Of a DNA stretch of 64,000 nt, positions 51,750 through 62,091 are shown in pieces. Position numbers and translations under genes: made by a program. The notes under the pieces were generated by a model. That model was not told the DNA's origin and did no database searches. It saw nothing but the letters and a program-made list of their open reading frames with translations. The stretch is taken from assembly GCA_963745235.1 (NCBI GenBank), contig CAVUXE010000099.1, positions 1 to 64,000 of the forward strand, given 5' to 3'. Source of the DNA: an uncultured Spirochaetota bacterium. GTDB taxonomy: Bacteria > Spirochaetota > Spirochaetia > SZUA-6 > Fen-1364. Numbering within the stretch: position 1 is the first letter of the stretch; every line of letters begins with the position of its first letter.

Positions 51750-53387
51750 CTATTTTCGCGCCAAAGCCACCCGGAAGCCAAGATACGGTGTTGACCAGTC
51801 AGCCGGCTGAGACCCCCTGGTGAAAACGGAGATCTGCTCGGACTGGTTGTTCCAGGAACCGCCTCTGACCACCCTGTCGGGACCGGCGGTGTAGGATCTC
51901 TCGTAGGACGCGTTCAGTCCCGGGTCAAGCGAAGAAAGGAGGTAGCTGCCGGGCGCGTAGGGGTCAGCGCACCATTGCCAGACGTTTCCGGCCATGTCGC
52001 GAAGTCCGTACCCGTTGGGCTCCGAGGTTCCGGCCCGAGACGGCCCGACCGCCCCCTTGTGAAAGAAAACCGCGGCTCCCGGCTTTTCCCCCAGGGGATA
52101 CAGCACGCCACGGAGCCCTCCACGCGCCGCCCATTCCCATTCGCTTTCAAGGGGAAGCCTGGCGATGTATCCAGGGAGGGAGGACTGAACAGCGCCCGTG
52201 AGCCACTGGCAGAAGGCGGCTGCCGCGTGGAAGGAAACCGATGTGACCGGCAGATCTTCCGCCCCGGCCGGAGGTCTTCCATTCACCCAGTCGGAGAGAT
52301 ACGTGTCGTCCGCGAGGCCGCTCGAGACCAGGCCGGCGGCGTTAGCCGGGCTCCACTGCGGCGTCTGCGCGACGAAAGCAGCAAACTGCCTGTTGGTGAC
52401 TTCCGTCTCGCCAAGGTAAAAGGAATCAACGGTGACAGGGTGGGGGAGGAGCGGGTCCACTGACTTTCCCAGGGAGTCGACGTTGTCATCCTTTCCCATG
52501 GTGAGCTCACCCGAGGGGACGGAACGATAACTTGCACCCTGCAGGACCACGAGCCTTCCGCCGCCCCCTGCTGATGGCGGGAACCTCCCCTGGTAGTACT
52601 TCGACATTGTCTCCCGGTACATGGAGAGGTATTGCTGGATCCAATCACCCGAGGCGAGCTTGACCGCCTTGTCACGCGCAAGGGTCAGAAGAAGCCACGA
52701 CGGAGCATTGTCATATTTTTGTTTAACGTGTACTGAATCTTCTACTAAATCCACCAGCGCAGACGGAGAGAGAAAAGAGTTTCTCGATGATGCTCGCGCA
52801 GCGGCCAAAAGTAGTTCTCGCAACTGGAACTCGGCAGTGACGTATCTGGCCGAATTGTCCAGAAAATCATACACCTTCAAGCGGGAGCCTTCATCCACTG
52901 CGGCACGCGAAGCGTCTGAAAGTATCTGTGGTATCTCGGGATTCTTCTGGAAATCGCCAAGAGACCAGGCAAGAAGCCCGTCCAGGTCAGAAACCCGCAG
53001 TTCCTGTTTCGTCGAACTGGTGTCGGGAAAGAGGAGGGTGGCAAAGACCCTGCCGCTGACAGTTTCATTCAGCGTGACCGGCGAGTAATACGGTTTGGAT
53101 ATCTCTACCGTTCTCGAGCCGCTCTTCAGAAAGATGATGCACGGCGTGCTGCCGGCGTAGGCACCATCCACCTTCACCGTGGCCTTCCCCGGATACGTGG
53201 TTATGGAAAGGAATGCGCCATGGCGATGCAGCCCGGGATAGAGCAGGATGAAGAAGAGGAGGACAACCACGGCCACAGCGTAGAGACCGGTAAGATAGGT
53301 ACCCGGCCGCATGCCAAGGATGGGCTTCAAGTGGACGGCGAGGTCGTCGGCGGGCGCCTGGCCAGCGGTCCGGTCCTTTTTCGACAT
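51750..53387 (-). CDS. PEGA + FGE-sulfatase (SUMF1-like) domain membrane protein
   Basis: TM, ATVKVDG.YAGSTP (PEGA), ETEVTN.QF, PVTSVSF, RLP.ESEWEWAARGG, PNGYGLRDMAGNVWQW, RGGSW, GFR. Confidence 0.85.
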   Translation of the reverse strand: MSKKDRTAGQAPADDLAVHLKPILGMRPGTYLTGLYAVAVVVLLFFILLYPGLHRHGAFLSITTYPGKATVKVDGAYAGSTPCIIFLKSGSRTVEISKPYYSPVTLNETVSGRVFATLLFPDTSSTKQELRVSDLDGLLAWSLGDFQKNPEIPQILSDASRAAVDEGSRLKVYDFLDNSARYVTAEFQLRELLLAAARASSRNSFLSPSALVDLVEDSVHVKQKYDNAPSWLLLTLARDKAVKLASGDWIQQYLSMYRETMSKYYQGRFPPSAGGGGRLVVLQGASYRSVPSGELTMGKDDNVDSLGKSVDPLLPHPVTVDSFYLGETEVTNRQFAAFVAQTPQWSPANAAGLVSSGLADDTYLSDWVNGRPPAGAEDLPVTSVSFHAAAAFCQWLTGAVQSSLPGYIARLPLESEWEWAARGGLRGVLYPLGEKPGAAVFFHKGAVGPSRAGTSEPNGYGLRDMAGNVWQWCADPYAPGSYLLSSLDPGLNASYERSYTAGPDRVVRGGSWNNQSEQISVFTRGSQPADWSTPYLGFRVALARK

Positions 53388-53394
53388 GCGGGGG

Positions 53395-53423
53395 ATTATA
53401 GGAAGGCCGTACTCGCTTGTCAA
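53395..53423 (-). promoter_or_regulatory. Consensus sigma70 promoter, leaderless transcript
   Basis: TTGACA (53423-53418), 17 nt, TATAAT (53400-53395), 7 nt, ATG (53387). Confidence 0.8.
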
Positions 53424-53463
53424 CGATTCGCTTCCCATGATAGCCTTGACGCGCGGAGACCGC

Positions 53464-54504
53464 ATGGCAGCAAATACGAACACCGCGTGGATGCAGTGGG
53501 AGAAGAATGTCCAGACCGCCACGGAGCGCTTTCTCACCTGGCGAAAGAAGCGGTCCCTCGCCCGCAAGGCGCGCCAGAAGAAGCGAAACCCGGTTGTGGA
53601 CTGGATAGATGCAATCGCCTCCGCGGTCGTGATCGTCCTGGTCATCAACCAGTACCTTCTCCAAGCGTACCAGATCCCATCTCCCTCCATGGAGCCGAGC
53701 CTCCTTGTGAGCGATCGAATCTTCGTGAACAAGATCGTCTACGGCCCTGAGCTGATCCCGGGCATGCTGAAGATGCCGGGTTTCAAAGTACCCGCTCGGG
53801 GAGACGTGATCATCTTTGAGAGCCCGGAGTATATCTCCAGCGGCCCGATCAAAGACATTCTCCAGCGGATCATCTACATGGTCACCCTGTCCATCGTGGA
53901 CATCGACAAGGACGAGTACGGCCAGCCCAAGCATCACTTCCTTATTAAGAGGGCCATCGGGATGGCCGGAGATCGGCTTCGCATGCGGCAGGGGAATGTG
54001 GAGATCCTTCCCCCCGGCGAGTCGACATGGCTGCCGGAGGAAACGCTGAAGGAAAGCCTCGGGATGATCTATCCCTCGCATCGGTCCATCAACCCGGACG
54101 AGTACCAGTACTTCAAGGAAGAAGGTGTCGGCATTGCGCTGCAGCTGGCTGGGCTTTCGGCAACCTCGGAGCAGAAGAGCGCCATCTCCCGATACTACGA
54201 GGCTACGCAGGATTCGAGCGGCAACGCCCATTTCCGGCTCATAGCGCTGAACGATGAGAAGGAAGTGGAGCTCTGGCAAAGCCGGACAGAGTGGGCCATG
54301 GAACCGTTCAACCTCGGCAAGGCAGCTGATTGGCGGCTTCTGCAGGAAGGCTACTATGTCCCGCAGGGGAGAATATTCCCCATGGGTGACAATCGCGACA
54401 ATTCGCGGGATGCCCGGTACTTCGGCACGGTCCGCCTCGACAAGGTCCTCGGCAAGGGATTGTTCAGGTACTGGCCGCTGGCCAGGTTCGGCGTCATCAG
54501 GTAG
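53464..54504 (+). CDS. lepB: Signal peptidase I
   Basis: IPSPSMEPSL, RGDVIIF, IKRAIG, MGDNRDNSRDARYFG. Confidence 0.92.
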   Translation: MAANTNTAWMQWEKNVQTATERFLTWRKKRSLARKARQKKRNPVVDWIDAIASAVVIVLVINQYLLQAYQIPSPSMEPSLLVSDRIFVNKIVYGPELIPGMLKMPGFKVPARGDVIIFESPEYISSGPIKDILQRIIYMVTLSIVDIDKDEYGQPKHHFLIKRAIGMAGDRLRMRQGNVEILPPGESTWLPEETLKESLGMIYPSHRSINPDEYQYFKEEGVGIALQLAGLSATSEQKSAISRYYEATQDSSGNAHFRLIALNDEKEVELWQSRTEWAMEPFNLGKAADWRLLQEGYYVPQGRIFPMGDNRDNSRDARYFGTVRLDKVLGKGLFRYWPLARFGVIR

Positions 54505-54509
54505 GAGAG

Positions 54510-55259
54510 ATGATCGGTTCGGTGGAGCGATATTCTTCCTCGGTCAGAAAGAGGAGGATGTCGCTTCTTGGCACGCGCACCTTTCGGATTCTCCTCATTG
54601 CTTTCATCCTCTACGTGGTGGTCTCCCGGTTCATCGTGGCCACCTACCGCGTGGAGTCCGTTTCCATGGAGCCCCAGATAAGCCCGGCCGACAGGGTGAT
54701 TGTCAGTCTCCTGGCATTCGGACCGCGCGTGCCCTTTTCTCATGCCCGGTTCCCCGGGCTCACTGAGCCCCAACGGGGTGACCTCGTGATGGTGCAGCCT
54801 CCCTTTTATGACGATGAACCGCTGCTCGTGAAGATCTTCCAGCCCGTCGTGAGCTTCCTGACCCTGCAAAAGGCGACACTCCGCAGGGACCTGTACGGTG
54901 GCAGGGTGAACAGTTACATGCTGAAGAGGATCGTCGGGATGCCGGGAGATACGATACGGCTCGGCAACTACAAGGTGTGGGTCCGACCGCGCGGCGGATC
55001 AGATTTCGTGCCGGAGGACCAGATTGTGCCCGTCCGCTACGGGACGCGCTCTGCCGTGAACGCTCCCGGGTGGGACTCGTCACTGCCCTTTTCAGGGAAC
55101 GAGGACGATCTCGTGTTGAAAGACGGAGAGTACTACGTTCTTGGGGACAACAGGCCGGAGTCCAGTGACAGCAGGTCATGGGGTCCTGTCCCCGCGGACA
55201 GGATCATCGGCAAGGTGATCTACCGCTACTGGCCGCCTCGCTCCATTGGCGGGCTCTGA
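54510..55259 (+). CDS. lepB: Signal peptidase I (second copy)
   Basis: SVSMEP, RGDLV, LKRIVGMPGD, LGDNRPESSDSRSWG. Confidence 0.9.
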   Translation: MIGSVERYSSSVRKRRMSLLGTRTFRILLIAFILYVVVSRFIVATYRVESVSMEPQISPADRVIVSLLAFGPRVPFSHARFPGLTEPQRGDLVMVQPPFYDDEPLLVKIFQPVVSFLTLQKATLRRDLYGGRVNSYMLKRIVGMPGDTIRLGNYKVWVRPRGGSDFVPEDQIVPVRYGTRSAVNAPGWDSSLPFSGNEDDLVLKDGEYYVLGDNRPESSDSRSWGPVPADRIIGKVIYRYWPPRSIGGL

Positions 55260-56487
55260 GCTCCCCCTGTCCCTGTACATCCACGTTCCCTTCTGCGTGG
55301 ACAAGTGCCTCTATTGCAATTTCTATTCCGTGCCTCGGCGCTCCGTCCATGAAGGCATCCAGGAAGCTGTGGTCGACCAGACCATCCAACAGATGCGCTT
55401 TTTCCTCGATGCCATGGGGGACGCCTGCGCGGTGCAGACCGTCTTCATGGGCGGCGGAACTCCCAGCACGCTGCCCCATCCGTTGCTGCGCCGGCTCCTG
55501 AGCTCTCTCAAGCTCTCCGCCTGCCAGGAATGGACGGTGGAGGCCAACCCCGAATCCATCAACCGGGATTTTCTTGATGCTTGCGGGGATGCGGGGGTCA
55601 CTCGAATAAGCGCCGGCGTGCAAAGCACCGATGACAGGCATCTGAGCACCCTGCGAAGGACGGGAAGCCGCCAGGACATACTGCGGGCAGCAGGATTGCT
55701 GCGAAGCTGCTGGAAGGGCGACGTGAACCTGGATTTCATTGCGGGTATCCCCGGACAGGAACCGGCAGACGTTGCAAGGGACCTTTCGCTCCTGGATGAG
55801 CTGCCGGTGTCCCACGTCTCACTCTACTCCCTGACGTACGAGCCTGATACGCCCCTCGCCCGCCTGGTGGCGAACGGAAGGGTCCGGTCGAACTCCGCCG
55901 AAAAGGACGAACAGCTGTGGTTCACGGGCGTTGAAGAGCTCAAGAGGCGAGGCTACATCCACTACGAGGTCTCGAACTTCTGCCGTCCAGGAAAAGAATG
56001 CCGTCACAACCTTCGTTACTGGAGGCTGGAGCCATATCTCGGGGCAGGTCCGGGTGCGGTCTCCACGCTTCCCGCTGGGGCCGTTGCAAAGGCCTTGAGC
56101 AGGCCCGGCGTTTCCGCCGATGGGGAAAGCGGCGGAGTGCTTCGCATGAGCAATCCGCGTGACATCCGCGGCTACCTGGCAGGCCGGGAGCAGCTCTGGG
56201 GCGCGGAGCTGGAAGCCGTGAGGCCGGCAGACTTTCTGCTTGAAACCCTGATGATGGGCTTTCGGCTGGAGGAGGGGATATCCGCAGGCCTGTTTGAGAG
56301 GAGGTTCGGAAGTCCCTTCCAGGAGATCTTTCCGGGGCTCTGGGAAAGCTGGGTTTCGCGGGGTGCAGCGCGACCCGCCGGTGGCAGGCTCGCGCTGAGT
56401 GATTCCGGCAGGATGATGCTGGATGGTCTTCTTTCCGAAACGCAGCATGAGCCGGACGCGCGCAACCTGACCGTGTCATGGCCCTGA
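55246..56487 (+). CDS. hemW: Radical SAM heme chaperone HemW
   Basis: YIHVPFCVDKCLYCNF, GGGTPS, EANPE, YEVSNF, HNLRYW. Confidence 0.88.
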   Translation: MAGSELPLSLYIHVPFCVDKCLYCNFYSVPRRSVHEGIQEAVVDQTIQQMRFFLDAMGDACAVQTVFMGGGTPSTLPHPLLRRLLSSLKLSACQEWTVEANPESINRDFLDACGDAGVTRISAGVQSTDDRHLSTLRRTGSRQDILRAAGLLRSCWKGDVNLDFIAGIPGQEPADVARDLSLLDELPVSHVSLYSLTYEPDTPLARLVANGRVRSNSAEKDEQLWFTGVEELKRRGYIHYEVSNFCRPGKECRHNLRYWRLEPYLGAGPGAVSTLPAGAVAKALSRPGVSADGESGGVLRMSNPRDIRGYLAGREQLWGAELEAVRPADFLLETLMMGFRLEEGISAGLFERRFGSPFQEIFPGLWESWVSRGAARPAGGRLALSDSGRMMLDGLLSETQHEPDARNLTVSWP

Positions 56488-56517
56488 TTGACTTCTGTTT
56501 TTTTTTCATGATACGCT
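56488..56517 (+). promoter_or_regulatory. Probable yebC-ruv operon promoter
   Basis: TTGACT, 18 nt (T-run), TACGCT with extended TG. Confidence 0.45.
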
Positions 56518-56547
56518 CGGACAAACTTAACCAGGAGAAGGGGAAAC

Positions 56548-57291
56548 ATGTCTGGCCATAGTAAATGGCATACAATCAAGCACAAGAAAGGCGTTGCAGA
56601 CGCCAAGCGCGGACAGATGTTCACGAAGCTCATCAAGGAAATCAGCATCTCCGCGCGGTTCGGGGGCGGTGACCCTGAAACGAACCCCCGACTTCGTACC
56701 GTCATCCTGAAGGCCAAAGCGAGCAACATGCCCAAGGACAACATCGACCGGGCCATCAAGAAGGGCACCGGCGAGCTGGAGGGCGTGAGCTACGAAGAAA
56801 TCCTCTATGAAGCGTACGGGCCGGGCGGGGTGGCCATGCTCATTGACGTCCTCACGGACAACAAGAACAGGGCGGCCGCTGAGATCCGCAACCTCCTGAA
56901 CAAGGGCGGCGGAAGCCTTGGCGCGGCGGGAAGCGTCTCCTACCAGTTCAAGAGGAAGGGGCTCATCACCTACGACTCCTCCAAGTACAAGGAGGACGAC
57001 ATCCTTGCCGTTGCCATAGAAGCCGGCGCGGAGGATGTGAGCAGCTATGGAGACAGCATCGAAGTCACTGCGAGCCCTGAGGATTTCGAGAACGTGGTCA
57101 AGGCGCTCGAAGCGGCCGGGTTCCAGCACAGCATGGCGGAGATCGCGCGCGTGGCGGACACCACGGTGACGCTGGACAACGACAAGACGCAGAAGGCGCT
57201 GCGGCTGGTGGAGAACCTTGAGGACCACGAGGACGTTCAGAATGTGGCGACAAATCTGGAGATCCCTGCCGGATTTGTCATGAGCGAGTAG
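56548..57291 (+). CDS. yebC: YebC/PmpR family protein
   Basis: MSGHSKW..IKHKK, NMPKDNI.RAI, YEAYGPGG, TDNKNR, LEDHEDVQNV. Confidence 0.95.
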   Translation: MSGHSKWHTIKHKKGVADAKRGQMFTKLIKEISISARFGGGDPETNPRLRTVILKAKASNMPKDNIDRAIKKGTGELEGVSYEEILYEAYGPGGVAMLIDVLTDNKNRAAAEIRNLLNKGGGSLGAAGSVSYQFKRKGLITYDSSKYKEDDILAVAIEAGAEDVSSYGDSIEVTASPEDFENVVKALEAAGFQHSMAEIARVADTTVTLDNDKTQKALRLVENLEDHEDVQNVATNLEIPAGFVMSE

Positions 57292-57312
57292 TGTCATGGC
57301 CGCGCCGCGAGA

Positions 57313-57814
57313 GTGATGAGGACACTCATCGGGATTGATCCCGGGCTCGCGGCAACAGGCTGGGGGGTCGTCCGGTTCGACGGCTCCAGGTTCTTCCACG
57401 TTGCTCACGGCGTTGTGCGTACAGATTCCGAGTCATCGCTTTCAGCCAGGCTCCTCGCAATTCACGGCGCTGTTCGCAAGCTCCTTGTGAAGTACTGCCC
57501 CACGGAGGCAGGGGTGGAGGAGCTGTTCTTTTCCCGCAACGCATCAAGCGCAATGCAGGTTGCTCATGCCCGCGGCGTCGTTCTGCTGGCCCTCGGCCAG
57601 AGAGGGATCCCCGTGGAGTGCTATTCCCCCCAGCACGTGAAGGCCGCCGTCATCGGGAGAGGGAGAGCGGACAAGGACCAGGTGCAGCGCCTGGTATGCG
57701 TTGTCCTGGGGCTGGAGGAGATACCGGCAGCCGGATCACGCCGCGGATGCCCTTGCCGTGGCCATCTGCCACGCAAACAGGTCGCAGGTCGATGTTCAAC
57801 AGCATCACTGGTGA
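57313..57814 (+). CDS. ruvC: Holliday junction resolvase; frameshift ~57728
   Basis: IGIDPGL..TGWG, VEELFF, HARGV, G.GRADK.QV; shifted frame PDHAADALAVAICH to TGA 57814. Confidence 0.9.
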
Positions 57815-58487
57815 GATCACCTTCAAGGGTGAGGAGAGGCTCTGCGTCCAGACTGGCGGCGTGGAGTGGGACCTCACTGTCTCCCGCCGGGCGCTCGACA
57901 AGCTCCCTCCCGTGGGGCAGGTGGCCAGAATCCATACACACCTCCTGCACCGCGAAGATTCCATGCGCCTCTACGGGTTCTTCGATGCCGCCGAACGGGC
58001 ACTTTTTCTGGACCTCCAGAAGGTGGAAGGGGTCGGACCGCGCGGGGCCCTCAAGGTGCTCTCCGGCGTGGACAGGGACAAGTTCGCGCAAGCCCTTGAT
58101 CAGGATGACGTGGAGGCGCTGTCCGCCCTGCCGGGGATCGGGAAGCGGACTGCCCAGAAGATCATTCTCACCCTCAAGGGAAAGCTGACTCCCGCAACGG
58201 AAACCGCGGGGCGCTCCGCGGAGGATGACATTGCAACCGCCCTGGTCGGAATGGGCTTCGACCGCAGGACGGCAAAGACCGCGGTGACGGCGGCGCTGAA
58301 GTCGCTGGCCGGGCGGAAAATGAAGGGTGAGGAGCTCGAGCGCGAGCTTTTCAAGCTGGCGGTGGCCATTGCCGGCGGTGAATCCAATTCCGCGAGCAGC
58401 GGCGGCACCGCGAGCTGCCGTGCGACAAGCGGCGGTACCACGAGCAGCGCGCCGCGGGATGGCACGCCGCAGGACGGCGCCTCGTGA
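57792..58487 (+). CDS. ruvA: Holliday junction branch migration protein A
   Basis: MFNSITG, HREDSMRLYGF, VEGVGPRGA, PGIGKRTAQKI, ALVGMGF; low-complexity tail. Confidence 0.92.
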   Translation: MFNSITGEITFKGEERLCVQTGGVEWDLTVSRRALDKLPPVGQVARIHTHLLHREDSMRLYGFFDAAERALFLDLQKVEGVGPRGALKVLSGVDRDKFAQALDQDDVEALSALPGIGKRTAQKIILTLKGKLTPATETAGRSAEDDIATALVGMGFDRRTAKTAVTAALKSLAGRKMKGEELERELFKLAVAIAGGESNSASSGGTASCRATSGGTTSSAPRDGTPQDGAS

Positions 58488-59528
58488 AAGACCGCTCCCA
58501 GGATCCGACTCCGCGTCTCCCGAACCCGAGCTTCAACCCCGCCTTCGACGGGGAGGAGCTGTCCCTGAGGCCGCGCCTCCTGTCCGAGTTCGTGGGGCAG
58601 GACAAGCTCAAGGAGAACCTGGCAGTCTACATCGAAGCGGCAAAGAGGCGGGGGGAGCATCTCGATCACGTGTTCCTTTCCGGCCCTCCGGGCCTCGGGA
58701 AGACAACGCTCGCGGCAATCGTCGCCAACGAGCTGGGAGTCCAGTTTCGAGCCACTTCGGCGCCTGCCCTGGAGAAGCCGGGTGACCTGGCCGCAATACT
58801 CACGAGCATCGGGGAACGAAACATCTTCTTCATCGACGAGATCCATCGACTCAAGCCGGTCGTGGAAGAAATGCTGTACTCCGCCATGGAGGATTTCGAG
58901 ATCGACGTCGTTATCGGTCAGGGGCCCGGCGCGCGAACAATCAAGATTCCGCTGCCTCCCTTCACCCTTGTCGGGGCGACCACGAAAACGGGCCTGGTAT
59001 CCAGCCCCCTGTATTCCCGGTTCGGCATCCCCATGCGCCTGGATTTCTACGATCCCGCGGACATACGCAAAATCGTGTTTCGTTCCGCGGGGATCCTTGC
59101 CATCACGGTGGAAGAAGACGCTGCTGAAATGGTTTCCCGGTGCTCCCGCGGAACTCCCCGAATTGCAAACAGGATCCTCAGACGCATGAGGGACTTTGCG
59201 GAGGTCTGGGGAAGGGGAGTCATCGATCTGCCAATCGTGACGCGAGGCCTTGAGTCCCTGGAAATAGATGCCCGGGGGCTGGACAAGCTTGACCGCGAGA
59301 TCCTGCGCACGCTCGTTGAGAAATACGCCGGCGGGCCCGGTCGGCTCGGAGACAATCGCCATCTCGATTGGCGAAGCTGTCGATACCCTGGAGGACGTGT
59401 ACGAGCCGTACCTCATCCAGATCGGATTTCTGAAACGAACGCCGCGGGGAAGAGTGGCCACGGCAGGGGCATGGGAACACCTCGGGATCAAGCAGACCAC
59501 GCGTGGAGACCAGTCTCTTCTCTTTTGA
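58484..59528 (+). CDS. ruvB: Holliday junction branch migration helicase B; frameshift ~59338
   Basis: [49 protein letters not shown]. Confidence 0.95.
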
Positions 59529-60511
59529 CCTCCCCCCGGAGCTGATAGCCCAGGAGCCGGAATCCGATCGTGAGAACGCGCGGCTCCTGGTCCTGGATCG
59601 GGCAACCGGGCAGGACCCGGGACTCGCGCGTGCGCGAAGTCGCCGGCGCCCTTGCGCCCGGGACCGTGGTGGTGCTGAACGACACCCGCGTGCGAAAGGC
59701 ACGCTTGTTTGCCGAAAGCGAGAAGGGTCGGAAAGTCGAGGTTCTCCTTCTGGCCCGGCGGGAAGCTGCCGTCTGGGAAGCGCTGACCGGCGGAGAGAAG
59801 AATGCGCGGACTCTGGGGTTTGCGGATGGCGTCATGGGGACCATCGAATCAAGGGAAGAGGATGTCCGCGTGATTCGCTTCGAGCCGGCAATTGACGATG
59901 CCTGGCTGGAGAGGAACGGCCACGTGCCCCTGCCGCCGTACGTGAGACGCCCGGACACCCCGGCGGATGAAGAGAGGTACCAGACAGTCTATTCGAGAGC
60001 CGTTGGCTCGGCGGCCGCGCCCACGGCAGGCCTCCATTTCACCAGGCGCCTGCTCGGGGAGCTGCAAACCGCCGGGATCCTGGTCTGCCATGTCACGCTT
60101 CACGTCGGGCTTGGCACGTTCCTCCCCATCCGCAGCGCGCGCATCGAAGACCACAGGATGCATGAGGAAGAGTTTTCGGTTCCGCGGGAAACGAAGGAGC
60201 TGGTCGACACGGCGGTGCGAGAAGGTCGGCCCGTTCTGGCCGTCGGAACCACCGTTGTTCGAACCCTGGAGACCGCGTGGACGGATGACGGCCTTTCGGC
60301 GGGCGAAGGGCGCACCCGCATGTACATCACGCCCGGTTTCAGGTTCAAGGTGGTGTCCCAGCTTTTCACGAACTTTCACACGCCGCAGTCCAGCCTGCTC
60401 GTGCTGGTGAGCGCGTTCGCCGGGCGCGAGCTGATCCTGCAGACGTACCGGGAGGCGATCCGGAAGAGGTACAGGTTTTTCAGCTACGGGGATGCAATGC
60501 TGATCACGTAG
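59503..60511 (+). CDS. queA: tRNA preQ1 SAM ribosyltransferase-isomerase; frameshift ~59612
   Basis: [60 protein letters not shown]. Confidence 0.95.
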
Positions 60512-60526
60512 CGACCATGCCCGGCG

Positions 60527-61135
60527 CTAGTAGGTGTGCTGGTCCATCTTCTGGAAGTCCGCCCGGACCTTTTCCAGCCGGGCCAATTGCGCGTCGATGA
60601 TCTGCTTGTAGTCCAGGTCCCCGGACTGCACGCGGAAGTTTTCATCCTCCCACTCCTGGATCTGGGGGAGGTGGATGTCCTGCATGGCCCACGCCAGGGC
60701 TGACCACTTCTGGGCATCTGTCCAGTAGCCGTAGGCGACCCGGTAGATCTTCTCCGCGGTGTCGAGGCTCTCGAGGTTCTGCCGCTTCCAGGGGTAGTTG
60801 TAGAAATACGCCACCATCTTGTCGTACTTGCTTCCCAGGGTCAGGTAGAGGTAGATCAGCTTCAGGTTCACGTGCATGTAGAACAGGTTTCGATATCGCT
60901 CCCACTCTGTCGTGTCGTGGATCGTGGCCAGTGCATACAGCGGATTGGCAAAAGGGGCAAAGTCTGCCTTCAGGGCGAGCTCGAGGTACTGGATGTCCTC
61001 CATGGCGTCTTCGGGATAGTGGTGGAGGGTCTCGTGGTAGAGCCTGTAATACTGCTCGGCATAGAGGATGCGCCATCCCGAAGCGGGGAGGAGAGGGACC
61101 ACGACAAGAACAAGAGCAAGTACCGCGCTCTTCAC
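60527..61135 (-). CDS. Conserved exported hypothetical protein
   Basis: GTGA overlap with tmk, signal peptide, YAEQYYRLYH, FANPLYALA, YFYN.PWK motifs. Confidence 0.65.
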   Translation of the reverse strand: MKSAVLALVLVVVPLLPASGWRILYAEQYYRLYHETLHHYPEDAMEDIQYLELALKADFAPFANPLYALATIHDTTEWERYRNLFYMHVNLKLIYLYLTLGSKYDKMVAYFYNYPWKRQNLESLDTAEKIYRVAYGYWTDAQKWSALAWAMQDIHLPQIQEWEDENFRVQSGDLDYKQIIDAQLARLEKVRADFQKMDQHTY

Positions 61136-61764
61136 ATCCCTGTTATCGGCAGGCCGGAGAGTATTTTCCATATCTCCTCATGGATGGCCCCCGCCGGCCT
61201 GTCACCGTTGACGATGGAAATGGCCATGCCGCTGGCGGCGAATCTCTCCAGGGCAGCCAGGTAGTTCTCACGCACCCTGGCCTGGAACGCCACGCTGTCG
61301 AAAAGCTCTGCCTTGTTTCGCCGGGAAAGCCTTTCCTGGCTGACTTCCACCGGGGTGTCGATGAAAAGGAGGCACTGCGGGAAGGGGAAGCCCTGGTTCA
61401 GGTTCCAGACGAAGTCGAAGCCGCACTCGATGGACTGGTAGGCGAGGCTTGAAAAGAGGTAGCGGTCGCAGACGACGAGCTCTCCCCGCGAGGCAGTGGC
61501 CAGGATCCCCGCTTCCGGCGCATGGAGGTGCTCGTTTCGATCTGCCGCATAGAGCATCGCCGTTGTCGTGGGAAGCGCCTTCACCTCGCGCGCCAGGATG
61601 GCGCGAAGAAGCTTTCCCACCGGGCCATCGGTGGGCTCCCAGGTTGCTGTATGCTTCTTCCCGGCGGAGCTCAGCCTCTGGGAAAGCAGCTTCAGCTGGG
61701 TGGAAGTGCCCGCCCCGTCGAGCCCTTCCAGAACAATGAAACTTCGAAGTATAGTGTTTTTCAC
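61132..61764 (-). CDS. tmk: Thymidylate kinase
   Basis: FIVLEGLDGAGTSTQ, EPT, YAADR, CDRYLFSSLAYQ. Confidence 0.92.
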   Translation of the reverse strand: MKNTILRSFIVLEGLDGAGTSTQLKLLSQRLSSAGKKHTATWEPTDGPVGKLLRAILAREVKALPTTTAMLYAADRNEHLHAPEAGILATASRGELVVCDRYLFSSLAYQSIECGFDFVWNLNQGFPFPQCLLFIDTPVEVSQERLSRRNKAELFDSVAFQARVRENYLAALERFAASGMAISIVNGDRPAGAIHEEIWKILSGLPITGM

Positions 61765-61779
61765 CGGGCGCCGATTGTA

Positions 61780-62091
61780 ATGCGAACCGCCTGCCTTGTC
61801 ATCGCCATCTTGCTCTTCTCCATTGCTTTCCGTGGCTACCCGCAGGAGAGCGCAGCTTCCCAGGAAGGGCGCGCGCCGGCAGGCGGCATAGATCAGGATA
61901 TCACGTTGACCGGGGGGGATGAGACCGCCCTTCCCGTTCCTCCGCCGGGAGGACCGGGGCCGCTCCTGGTTCCTGACGTGGATCTCCAGAGGCCGCCTGC
62001 ACTTTTTCGCGCTCCCGTGCTCCCTCCCTCCGGGGTATGGGCTGCTCCTCCCGCGGAGTGGCGCGTGAAGGATCCCCTTCATGCGGGCTGA
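61780..62091 (+). CDS. Pro-rich exported hypothetical protein
   Basis: Signal-like N-terminus; overlaps TonB gene start. Confidence 0.35.
   Translation: MRTACLVIAILLFSIAFRGYPQESAASQEGRAPAGGIDQDITLTGGDETALPVPPPGGPGPLLVPDVDLQRPPALFRAPVLPPSGVWAAPPAEWRVKDPLHAG

Noticed and set aside
58375-58487. Repetitive Ser/Gly/Thr tail on RuvA
   Set aside because: Low-complexity extension; no evidence of function or mobile origin.
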